64,000 bases of DNA from the human T2T-CHM13v2.0 reference genome, Homo sapiens, in NCBI RefSeq assembly GCF_009914755.1, contig NC_060930.1. One strand, 5' to 3'. The number at the start of each line of letters is the position of its first letter. The first letter of the stretch is position 1. A model generated the notes under the pieces. The model did not search any database, was not told the DNA's origin, and saw nothing but the letters and a program-made list of their open reading frames with translations. Shown here in pieces: positions 33,201-49,388 of the stretch. The translations under genes were made by a program, and so were the position numbers.

Positions 33201-35439
33201 GAGATAAGAATTTCCTTTCTATACAAGTATTAGTATATAAATATAAAAACAGTATATTTCTCAATACAAAAAAAAACCCTAGAAATGTCTTCTGTAACTT
33301 TTCAGCACAGAAAGTTCAAATATATATACATATTCTTCTTCCTCTACTAATATTTTCATAGACATTCATCAAGAGAACTCACCATCACAATATAGATTAC
33401 TGCTATATGACCTAGAAGCTTCTTAATATTTGGAGGGTAGAATTCACTCTATCTGCTATAGAAGGGAATCATAAAGAATGGGTTCAGTCAAACAACCAAT
33501 GTAAGGGGACTGAAGCAGCTTAAGAAGTTTATAGTTCTTGACTTCAATTTCTGCATAGTATATGTGGTTAAAGAGATTCTCCTTAGCAATATGTGATTCC
33601 TGGTTCTTTAGCTATAAATTCTTGCTTTAGGAAATATAAACTCCCACTGTCAGTCTACTCTGATAAAAGTAGTACATACAGGCCAATAAATATTTTACTG
33701 CTCATAATCAGTCTCACTGTCATTGTTATCTAAACAAATAAAACACTTCTGATAGCCTCAAACATAAGAACTCCAATGTGAAAAATAGTATGACTACTTT
33801 TAAAGTTTGATAGTTTGATTCAGGTCTCAAATTCCCAATTAAAATAATTATTTGTATTATCTACATTAACAATGACAACAACAACAACGACAAAAAGGCT
33901 TTAAAAAAAAAACAAATAAGATTAAAGGTAAGAAAGGAGAAAAACCACAAATACGCAAAAGTAGTTTGAAAAATACTACAACCACCTAAAACTGAAGCTT
34001 GAAATAGTACTAGTTGCCTTTAGAAAATACGATAGGGTATGGAGATAGTCCAATAAAATTAATTTGATCACTATCGTATACTTAGGGTGATCATAAAATT
34101 TACATCCAAACTGAGACATGTGTAGAGTGAAAGAGGCACTGTTTATAATTATGCCTAAACAAGAGGCATAAACCAGGACTGTCTTAAGCAAACCCAGACA
34201 TAATTGCTTGTAAAACTCATTGAAGATAAATAATCCCATTCAACCAATAAAGTGTGTAAGGTGACATGGAAAGACAACACCTGCAACCTGTTGCCTTACA
34301 ACATGCCACATAAAATATTAATGTTTTGATTAAGGAGTAGTATTTTTCAAGAACCAGTTACTAATAATCAAACCTCTCTTTTCTTACATTGAAACTTGAT
34401 TATTCCAGAACCACAATGACTCCTAATCAGAAATTTTAAAAAATAATAAAAGTTTACAATAAAACATTTAAACACAGTGGGCCAGGCATCATTTTAAGCA
34501 CTTTATAGCTCATTTAATCATCTTAGCCCAGAAGGACAGAGATTTCTATCCTATTTTACAGATGAGAAAACTGAAGTACAGAGAGGCTCAGTAATTCGCC
34601 CTGGTCACAGTAAGTGATGAAGTTGAAGATTCCAGAGTGTGTTCTTACCAACTGTACTATGTTGCCACTATTGCTCCTCTAGTGGGAGAAGCAGGAGCCC
34701 ACAATTATTCCTAAGTGCACAGAATACAGTGGAGCTCTCAAGTATCTCAAGTGAGTAGAACCGTGGTTAAATAGAGTTAAGCATGATATAATTTCTGGTA
34801 TATATTTGTTACCACTGGTCAAGCAGGAGCAAATGGGACAGGGAAATTTCTTTACTTATAATATGATAAAGAGAAACCCATTCCACTGTTAGGATAATGT
34901 ACTACACCCGTGCTATGGGTTATCACAGGGTGAGAATGACAAAAAGATGATTATTATAATAATGACAAGCATTAACTGTGCACACACAATGTGTCAGGTA
35001 CTGTCCCAAACTCGTAACGTGTTAACTAACCTAATCATCCTAACAACCCTATGAGGTAGGTACTGTTTTATAGCTGAGAGAACTGACCATACTTGCTCAA
35101 GGACACACAGCAAGTGACAGAACTTAGATTGAAACCCATGCTCTTTGTCACTTCATTATTTTATAAGGGATCATATTTGCCCAGTAGTACATTCATCTAA
35201 TAAGCTGCATTATAACAGTTTTAGTATGTTACATCATAAAACACGAGTTGTTAAGTTTTTGGTTGGAAGGCCGCAGAACCAAGTTTTGATAGGTGTCATA
35301 TTTCTCAAGCTTCTGCCTAAAAAAAAGAAAACGGTGAATTTTATCTCTAAGGTCCCTTCTAATACAAATATCATTTCTCTGAATGCAAATTTCCTTACAT
35401 TTCATATAACTACAATACAAACTACCTGCTGAAAACATC

Positions 35440-35839
35440 TGCTATGGTTTGAAGATACGCTTTAAACCACAGGCTATGGTTTGAAGTTCATGCTTTGGAA
35501 ATTTAATCTCCAATACAACAACAGTGTTGAGAGGCAGGACCTTCAAGAGGTGATTAGGTCACAAGGGCCCTGCCTTCGTGAATAGATTAATGTAATTTAT
35601 CACAGAAGTTGATTCATTATGAAAGGCAATTGGGCCCGCTCCTGCGCATGCAATTGTGCTCTCTTGCCCTTCTGCTTTCCATCATGGGATAATACAACAA
35701 GAAGGCCCTAGCCAGATATGAGCTCCTCGACCATGGACTTCCCAGCCCCCAGAACTGTAAGAAATAAACTTTTTTTTCATTACCAATTACCCAGTCTATG
35801 GTATTCTGTTTAAAATAGCAACATAAAATGGATAAGGCA
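35440..35839 (+). mobile_element. MST-family (MSTC/D-like) MaLR solo LTR
   Basis: TGCTATGGTTTG start; 5-bp TSD ACATC. Confidence 0.85.
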
Positions 35840-36501
35840 ACATCTAATCTTTAAAAATCTATTTCTGCCAAAGTGCCAGACATAGATTAGATATGTGACT
35901 CCTTTGAAAAATAACACAGGTGGTTATTTAAATATGATTATGAAATCAAATATACAAGAAGTTATATTCACATTTTACTCAATTAAAAAGTACAGTATCA
36001 CACACAAAAGTTGAGGTTGACTCAACCTTAGGCCCCTCGATCTGCTGGGATTTATTAGTGTCTTCCTTTTGAGTTTCTATAGCTGTAGGCAGCAATAATT
36101 TTAGGGTAAAGGTAGTTCAGAGTAGTTTTCCTGAAGACTTTCTTATTCTCCCTTGCCTATTTACCATAATCCCAGTGCAGCAACACTTTATACTCAGTAG
36201 GTACTTAATGAACATATACAAACATCACTAAACACACTCCATCCCCAACACATGATAAGAACAAAGAAAAAGAGCCTCAGGATCTCCAAAAAGCTGCTTC
36301 CTACAAGAATAACAACAGTATTAGCTAACAGCTATATAAAGCACTATTCCAAGTACCAGGCGCTGTTCCTGGTACTTTATGAATGAATTCATTTAGTCCT
36401 CAAAACAATCCTATGAGGTAGGGGTTACCTTTATTCCCCAAACACAGGAAGAAAAAAACTAATTAATGCCCAGAGAAACTAAGGCTCAGAGCAGTTAAGT
36501 A

Positions 36502-36730
36502 CAGATGCTCCTTAACTTACGATGGGGTCACATCCCGATAAACCCAACCTAAGCTGAAAATATCCCAAGTCAAAAGTATGTTTTCGACTTACAATATTTT
36601 CACCTTATGATGGGTTTACTGGAATGTGATTCCATCACAAGTTGAGGAGTGTACTGAATGTGTATCGCTTTCACACCACTGTAAATGTGAAAAATCCTAA
36701 ATCAAATCATTGTAAGTCAGGGACCATCTG
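36502..36730. mobile_element. TcMar-Tigger MITE (MER47/Tigger5-like) inserted in a MIR
   Basis: TIRs CAGATGCTCCTTAACTTAC / GTAAGTCAGGGACCATCTG with TA TSDs. Confidence 0.85.
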
Positions 36731-37801
36731 TACTTGCTTGATGGTGGTAACTCCTAAGAATTAAACTTCAACTTAAAAACTCCATCAAGGATTTTAAGCT
36801 GACTAAATGAAAATAAACAAAATAAAAGTGACAATGATGAAAAAGCTATCATTTATTGAGTGGTGTGTCAGTACTTCTTTAATACAATCCTCAAAAATGA
36901 CCCTAAAAATTACGCATTGTTATTTTCATTTTACAAATCAAAGTAATGGGCAAAGAGAAAGTTCTTGCCCAAGGATATTGACTAGAAATCAGCAGAGCCA
37001 AGATATGAACGCAGTTTTGTAGAACTCCAAAGCCTGGTTTTTTTCCACTATGCCAGTATCTCCCAAATTTCAGACCCTTGCATACCACCTTCACAAATTC
37101 TGCCATGTTCATGGACCACTTGCACTATTATGTACTTAGTATTTTTTCTTTAAATGAGACACTTTTTTAAAGTTAAACTTATTTTAAAAGAAACTTTGTA
37201 TCATGTATAAATGGAAAATTCTACTTCACTTGAAATAGAGATAAAAAATATATATTCAATGAAAACAAAACTGTAATTTCAGCCAAACACCACTGTCTGC
37301 TAAATGTGCTTACAGCCACATCAAGGCCTATCTGTCCTTTATTAAAAGAAGAGAGCAAATAATATGAGAACGGTGTTAAAAAAAAATTTTACTAGCCCCA
37401 AGCTGCAACTTTCTCCATGAATAATCAGATGTGACAAACAACAAAAAAGAGAACAGCTTCTTCACTATGTGCAAGAATTGGGTACACATCTCACTCTTTG
37501 GGGAACAAAACATAAGGCTGCTCTACTGCCTCTCCTTGATTCAAGTACACACCCGTATCTGCAGTCTTTCATGTATTCTCAATATTGTATAGAATGTGCT
37601 AACACTGAATTGCAGACTGGTTATTATACCTAGTAGCATTATAGAAACATCTCATCAAAATCTTCTTTTAAGTACTTACATACAATGTTGAAAATATACA
37701 CTTGGCCCTGGGAGGAAAACAAAATTTTAACACAGAACCCTTTTTCTTAAAAACTTTCTGCCCTAGTTGCAAACAACACACAATCTATGATACAAAGCTG
37801 T

Positions 37802-37802
<1 letters not shown>

Positions 37803-37832
<30 letters not shown>

Positions 37833-38122
37833 GAGATAGCTCTCGCTCTGTCTCCCAGGTCTGTCTTCCAGGCTGGAGTGCAGTGGTGCAATCTCGGCTC
37901 ACTGCATCCTCAACCTCCTTAGTTCAAACCCCTTCTGCCTTAGCCTCCTGAGCAGCTAACAGGCACACACCACTGCAGCTGGCCAATTTTTTTTTTTTTT
38001 TTTGGTAGAGATGGGGTCTCACTATGTTGCCAAGGCTGGTCTCAAACTCCTGGGCTCAAGTGATCCATCTGCCTCGGCCTCCCAAAGTGCTGGGATTACA
38101 GCCATGAGCCACCGTACCCAGC
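37803..38122 (-). mobile_element. AluJ-like with long T-tract
   Basis: Antisense Alu; TSD-like GCTGTAATTTT. Confidence 0.88.
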
Positions 38123-39034
38123 AAGGCTGTAATTTTAAGCATCAAAATGGTTGGCAACCTGAGCACAAGCTTTGCCATCGCATGAAACTGAATTTGAATC
38201 CCAGCTCATGTTGCACATGCAGCCTCTCTGTAGCTCAAGGTTTCTCAGTTGAAAAACTGAAATAATACATATCTCTAAATGTAAAGTTAAATATATGTCA
38301 AATAGCTTGATGTCTGGTCCATTATAGGTGCTATATAATTAGTACTTGGCCCCTGTAAGAATTAAATAAAGAAAGAGGTTACTGTGAATTGGGATTTTTT
38401 TTTTTTTTTTTTTTTTTTTAGTAAGTACCTCATCTCTAGACCTTAAAGAATGGGCAGTTTTTTGGTCAGTCAAAACAAGAGAGGCAATCCTATTCGGGGT
38501 GCCAGTAGGTCAATGCAAGGACTGTAGTGGTGGCTAGGTGGTACACTGAAGCTAGATGATGAAGGCTCTAAATGCCACACTAATTTTCACTGAACATTTC
38601 TGAAGAGTAGCATATAATTTATAATTCACTAATCTATTCTTCAGCAATCACAGAAAAGCTTAAGATTTAGGAGGCCACTATAGTAGTTCATCAATGAGGT
38701 GTTCAGAGCTTGGATTAGAGTAACACTAAGAACAGAAAAGAACGATTGGCTAAGTCCTTTCAAAGAGAATCTGAAGGACTTTGTAAGTTGGATAGATGGA
38801 AAAGAGGAGTCAAAGCTGACTCCAAAGAAGACAGTAGGAAGACAATCAGGACGTTAAAGACAGAGTATTTCAGCTCCACGATGAACAAGAAGAGACAATA
38901 TCCACCAAGAAGTGATTCACTGCCAGTTGCAAGGGAAGTGAAAGGTCACTGGATTTGGTGATCAGGATAACAATGAACTTTAAGAATATCTTAAAAAAAA
39001 AAAAAAGGAGGGGGAATATAAAAGTTAAATTACA

Positions 39035-39345
39035 CCAAGCACAGTGGCTCACACCTAAAATCCCAGCACTTTGGGAGGCCAAGGCAGGCAGATTGCTTTT
39101 AAGCTGAGGAGTCCGAGACCAGCCTGGCCAACATGGCGAAACCCTATCTCTAATAAAAATACCCAAAAAAAGGCCGGGCATGGTGGTGCACACCTGTAGT
39201 CCCAGCTACTCGGGAGGCTGAGGTGGGAGGATCGCTTAAGCTCAGGTAACAGAGGTGCAGTGAACCAAGATCGTGCCATTGCACTCCAGCTTGGGTGACA
39301 GAGCAAGACCCTGTCTCAGAAGATAAATCAGCAAATAAAAATAAA
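39035..39345 (+). mobile_element. Alu
   Basis: Full consensus; TSD-like TAAAAGTTARATTA. Confidence 0.88.
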
Positions 39346-42300
39346 AGTTAGATTACTAGTGCTTAAGAACAGGCCAGGGTACAGGCAGTAGAGAAGAAAT
39401 CAGGTCATTTGTTATTTGGCAGTAAAAGGAAGAAGAAAAATAGGAAGGCAGCTAGATGGGTGTGCAAGGTCAAATGAGTAACACCAGAAGCAAAAAGGAA
39501 CATTATGTAGAAAATAACCATGAAACAATACAATTAGTAACTATGACAATTCCCTTTTTGCCATTTGTTAAGTGCTAGTGAGAAACAGTAAGTTTGGATT
39601 CACTCCAGAATCAAATCTTAGAGGGAAATGTACTTAGGGAAGTAAAAGATTTCTCTCAGGGTTCAAAACTGTGGGTGGTAAACAGAAAAAAATCTAACCA
39701 TAAGCTCCCTTCCACCAGCCATTAATTCTTTAGTGTTCTGAATGAAGGCACAGAATACAGTGGGTCATTAGCTTTCAAAGTTTTAAGATCTGCAGTTTCT
39801 ACTATTCCTATGAGATAATGACAAGTAGTACAATCTGTAATTCTGACGTGGCACATGTCTCAGTGGACTGTGCTAGGGAATGTGTGAAATCCTGTGAGTG
39901 TACCATGACTCAACCCAGCACCCTCATCTCTAAATTGACTTGTGGGCCTCCACTTGCAGCCAGGCACACTGGAACTCTGTAGAAGTTTTGCCTCATTATA
40001 TTTTATGAAAAAAAAAAGTATACGCTATAGTGCCAAGGTGTCCAGATTCTACCATAATTTATTTCTTTAGTTGCCAATAAATTATCAGTTTTTAAAAAAT
40101 GTCTTACAATTACTCTGCTATAGATAAAAAAAAGTGGGGGTAGGTAAGGGAAAAAGATCCTGAAAGGGAGGGAGGGGAAAGCAGCAATGTCTTGTCAGCA
40201 AAGCAGCGAAGTCAGAGCTCAGAGAATTCTGTGCTATTGTTCTGTTCTTACTGCCTCCTTCTCTTCTCATGCCCAGAATGTTGATTGGGGTGGGGAGAGA
40301 GTACCCATAGTGCTAGGCAGTGGAACATCCAAGGCTTGAAGCTTCACCACCCCCACTTTTCACTTCCCTGGGTGAGGAGCCCAGAATTGCTTTAAGTCAT
40401 CATCCCAATCACGTCTATGAATGCACAGCCAAGCAGGGCTAAGCAAATGGCTTGCCCTAAAAAGCTGCCGATGTTTTCTAAACATCTATTATGTGTTTTT
40501 GCTGTTCTGCACATCAAGAAAGAAAAGAAATCTGAGTTTTATTCACAACTTGCTCACAATATTGCTGGGATATAGAGATACTGGAGAAGCAGCCAAGCAA
40601 TGGCATATACACACCAAGCAACAGCATAAATGAACAAAAATCAATACAGTACAAAACATATACAAAAGGATAGGCAGGAGGGAAACTGGTCTCAGTGAGA
40701 GTGAAGTTGTTCAAATTAATTTCCAAAACCTACAAAAGTCAATTAAGCCATGTTTTGAAAAGGGGGGCGGAATAAGCACGAAAGTGAGGAGAGAGTCCTG
40801 TAGCTGAGGGAAGTTACATGATAAAAAAGAATAGATAAAGAACAAGTAAAAGCTGTGTGAGAAACAGAAAAACAGATCTGCTGGGAAGGAACACACAGTC
40901 CCTATTAGGAGAATAATCAGAAACAAGCCTGTGAGATGTAGCAGTGAGTTGGTAGAAGCTTTTAAGGCTGATTACGCATGACTAATCAGATTTGAAATGC
41001 TCTCTGTTATCACCATTCATTTTATGGGAATGCTATACCTTCCCTCCAAAAGAGTTAACTAAATTAAATGAGAAACTCCACTGACCTGTTTTCTTATTTA
41101 GACTACATGCTTGTCTACCACTGCTTACTCACTGTCAAGTTCAACAATTGAAAATTATGCCTCTGCAGGGCAGAGAAATACATGTGAGTTTACTACTAAA
41201 GTGACCCACAATACCACTAAAAAAAAAAAAAAAAAAATTTAAGAGAACAGCCTTGAAGTAACGATTGCTTAAAGTTATTAGCAAGCATGCTCAGTGTTTG
41301 ACTAGCATCACCTGACCAACTTTAAAAGTATTAACGAGAATATTCACAGGCTAATTGAAAGCACTATGCAGTCTGGTCTCAGAGTTCCATACTGCTGAAA
41401 AAAACTCATTAATTATAATTTGGAATTTTTTAAGTGGTATGATAAAATGAAGAGGCTAGGCTAGCACCCATCAATGTACTGATGAGGAATGAAGTTCTAA
41501 AGCACCAACTAAGCAGTCTAATAGGTTTTGAGTGAGTGCCTAACAGGAACAAAGTGATAATAAAGGAAACAAACAAGGCTAAAACTTACCCTCAAATTTT
41601 TTGCCACCTATCAAGGGAAACAGATACACAGGAAGAATAACCTAAAGTACAAATTGTATACAAGTGCAAACATACAGAATAGAGTTGGGAGACTACAGAA
41701 GGAGGGGTTATCTGGTTGGGATGATTAGGAAAAAGTTCAAGTAGGATGTCAAACTAAAAAACAAAAAACACATGGTATTTTAAGTGAAAGTTCAAAAATT
41801 ATTTCAAAGACCTTTCTAATTCATGAAAGATGATACAACATTCTAGAGATATAACTTGATGATTCAGATTTAGGTAAGTAAGCCTGTGATAAAAATTATG
41901 AAGGAAACCAAATAATGAGTTAGTCTGTAAATATCTCAATGTAGAAAAGAATTCATCATAGGAAGAATTTGCTCTGGATCCCAAGAAAAAATACAGTAAG
42001 TTTAATAAAACCTCAGCCAATATATAAAGACTGTAAAAAATTCTACTGGGAATCAGTCAAAGTCTGAATAAGAAAACATTTTTGAAGGAGTAATACACAA
42101 GCGTGTCAGAAAGTAATCTGACTTTCACTCTTAAGCCCCCATGAAACATACAGAGTGTAGTAGTTTAAAGCAGAACTACTTAAATCCCAGCTCAATGACT
42201 TACTAGCTGTGTAATCGTAGAGAAGTTACTTATCCTCTGTGTCATTTTAAAAATAGAGATAATAAACTGTATCCACTTCAGATCATTGAAAGTAAAATGA

Positions 42301-43300
42301 ATTATCATATATAAAGGGCCACAAACAATGCTGATGTAGTAGGCACTACATCAGCATTAATTATTACTATCATTTGAATTGGCTGGCAATGTATATTAAG
42401 GTTAGAGATAAGCAAACATATTTTTGGGGAAAAAAGATAAATCATGTTCACTCATTCAACAAATATTCACTACTGACAATGTGCCAGGAATACAGTCAGG
42501 AAGCAGACAGGCACAGTGACCCCTTGGAGCTTAGAAGATTCAGTTTTCCAGGACAGGAACCATGTCTCCTTCACTCACCTCTGCAAACCCAGTGCCCTAG
42601 GTACATACCCTGGAGCACAGCAGCTGTTGAATGGTGTTTGCTGAATTAATGAAAGGTGTAATTATAGGGTATTAAATTGAAAAAAAATTCTGAATATATG
42701 GAGAATAGGAATTCAACAGATCCATCCCCTGAACGAATGGTACAGCAATGCCACAGGATAACTAAACCTCAAGAAATCTGTCTACAAACCTTCAAGAATC
42801 TATCAATTCTTGAATATCGTAAGAGCATGCACTTTCCTATTAATAAAAAATAATGAAATGGCACGCTTATTACAAGGATTAAATGAGATCCTGTGTTACA
42901 TGAGAATCACAAAGCTGCAATGAGATGCTGATGTGAAGAGGTAGGCTAGATTCTTCAGCTCCAAGCCTCACTCCTCAGCTAAATACAATGACTATGTGTC
43001 CAGGTGTTTAGGGGTTGTTTATACAAATAGCTAAAACCTCTTATATTAAATGTCCAAATGTGTTTTGGGTTTAAAATGTAAGGTGCCTTTGGGTTTAATA
43101 TCTAAGATTCAAGTCTTTGGAGGCTGACCTAATTTCAGATGAAGAGACATTATACTTCCACACCCATATGGCCTTCCTAACAGTTTCAAGAAAGTTTCAG
43201 AAAACTCCTGAGGTCTTAAGTGAAAACAGAAACCGAAATCTCTGGGACAATATCAGAGTTAATTAACTCTGAAAGGATATTTCAAATATACAGACTTTAA

Positions 43301-43542
43301 GGCCGGACATGGTGGTTCACGCCTGTAATCCTTGCTTGAGTCCAGGAGTTTAACAACAGCTAAAAAATACAAAAATTAGCTGGGCATGGTGGCATGTGCC
43401 TGTAGTCCTAGCTACCTGGGAAGCTGAGATGGGAGGATCTCTTGAGCCTGGGAGGTTGAGGCTGCAGTGAGCCGTGATAATGCCATGCCACCACACTCCA
43501 GCCTGGGTGACAGAGTGAGACCCTGTCTCAAAAAAAAAAAAA
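43301..43542 (+). mobile_element. AluJ-like with left-arm deletions
   Basis: Partial left arm plus full right arm. Confidence 0.85.
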
Positions 43543-44129
43543 GTTAGGCTTGCATTCCTCATTTTTAGTGAATGGCCTCATTCAGGAACCACCACCAAGT
43601 CTGCACACGCTTCTAAAGCCACCTAGCTACTACTCTCAAGCTTTCAAATGCCCTCCTAACTCTGCTGCCCAGAAGGAATGAACATGGCATCACACTCAGC
43701 ACATACAAAATCCACCACATTATCTTCTCCCCAAACCCCCTACTTTGCCCTCTGCTTCTTTATTTCCACGTTAATGGCATCACCATTCTATAGGCTCAAA
43801 ACCTCAGAATCATTCTTTGAGTCCTCTAGTGCTAAACTTCACTTCAAGAGAGCAAACCCTCAAATTAATTATCCAGTGAAAGGGCAAAACAAAAGGCTTA
43901 CTGACAGAATAGAAGGGTTGGGAAAGCATTATTAAGTTCACACAACAAAATCAACGAAAGGTATAAAGCTAGGTTTGAAGAACAACAGACAATTTTCTGT
44001 AGTATTAAAGCCAAGATTCCACAAATTCTGTGTTTTCTTCTATAGAGCAGAGCTTGAGTGAGTGAAACTTACTTGATAACCTTCTAAGAACCAGGCACTA
44101 TCAGTTTGGTAGCATTAAAACTTCAGAAA

Positions 44130-44442
<313 letters not shown>

Positions 44443-45589
44443 TTAAGTACTTACAAAAGATGAGAAGTTAATAAGCACTAACTGGAGATTCAAAATCTAG
44501 AACTGTCGTATTCCAAAGTCTATGCTATTTTGACTACACTCAATACTTGCTGACACAGAAAATTACTACGATGTTGTAATTACTTTTCTATGGAATATAA
44601 TGAAGTGCTTCAGAAAAAATATGCATTCTTCTAAATCAGCTATTAATATACAGTATCAATAAACACTTTGAAGTCAAACCTATGATCCTTCCAGTCACAA
44701 ATGAGACACCAAAAAAAAACTAGTATACTCTTAGTTTCCAGACAATGATTTCTTGTTTCAAGGATATAGATATTTCTATTTCCACGTACAACATTTTGCA
44801 TAACCCATGGACAAAAAGAAGCAATAATCACTTCATGCAATTTTTTTTTCTCCACAGGAACATGCTATTATAATTGTGAGGATTGGGACCAAGATCTAGC
44901 TCCTTATGCAAACTCAGATTGAATACAGCTATTTCAAAATACAAAGACACCAAATCAGTCCCTTTAAGTAACATTAGAATGGCCCACAAAAAGATTCATG
45001 ATAGTGACGGTGATTATTCCAGTGGACAAAGCAACCCAAAATAGTCCTGTAGACTGAAACTACTATTTCATTAAAATTATTACTTGTCAGTCATGACTAC
45101 TTCAAACTTGCATTATTCTTTGAGGTATTATATTTCTATAATTTCCCATAATATTAAGATATCTGAGTTAAGTGTACAAAAATTCATCATACCACCAAAG
45201 GTCAATAGATGGAAACTGGTCTTCATTCTAAATCATATTATTTTTAGCCCCTTCTAAGGTCAATAAATAATGTACTTGTAAAATAACACATATAAAGCAC
45301 GCAGAGCGGTCCCTGTCACACAGAACAGTGAATAAATGTTAGCTTGATGCTAATGTAATGTAATGTAAATATACTCAGTTCTAATGAATCTTGGAAGATG
45401 AGATATGGCAATCTCCTCTACACATAAAAATCTATCAGTACATCATCTTTCAAAATTTAAATCCTTTATCAAAATGCCAGATTACATTATGCTGAAGTTT
45501 TGTAATTAAACTATGTAAGCAGTACACAGTCCTTCATTCTCCACCACATTCAACCTTTACATTCCCCAAGATGACTATTTTGTAATTTT

Positions 45590-47260
<1,671 letters not shown>

Positions 47261-47435
47261 AGATTTTATGTTACTACTACACTGTTAATCCTGCCTCAGT
47301 TTGTAGAAAACAAATAAAAGCCATTAGGCCAGAACATCCTCCCACTAAATCTATATTCCACCCACTAAATCTATATTCCTACTTGCGTCTGTAACCATGT
47401 TGTTCTTTCTTCCCCACTGTTAAAACTGAGGAAGT

Positions 47436-49030
<1,595 letters not shown>

Positions 49031-49189
49031 CTCAGGCCCTTCCCAGTTCTCTCTATATGAAACACCTTATTCTCCCTCCCCTGACCCCCCATCCAGGCAT
49101 CCTCTAAGGGGCCTTCCCTTACACCTAAGTAGGTCCCCACTACCTCCTCTGATTCTACCACCCAATGATTCTCTATTATTGTACACAGT

Positions 49190-49388
49190 TCTTTTTTCCT
49201 TTTTTTTTTGTGGGTGGGGCGGGGGGGGGGGGGGAACGGAGACTTGCTCTGTCACCCAGGCTGGAGTGCAATGACACTACTATGTTTACTATGTCTCATT
49301 GCAGCCTCAACTTCCCAGGCTCAAGTGATCCTCCTGCCTCTGCCTCTCAAGTAGCTGGGACTACAGGTGCAGGCCACCACGCCTGGCC
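49190..49388 (-). mobile_element. Alu right monomer (FRAM-like) with a G-run in the tail
   Basis: Antisense right-arm consensus; G-tract at about 49212-49234. Confidence 0.8.

Noticed and set aside
36014-36028. AGGTTGA-C-TCAACCT palindrome with AP-1 core
   Set aside because: 7-bp arms are within chance expectation for 64 kb
41585-41645. Strong donor-like AGG|GTAAGT in intron 1
   Set aside because: No convincing matching acceptor; isolated donors are common in a 40-kb intron
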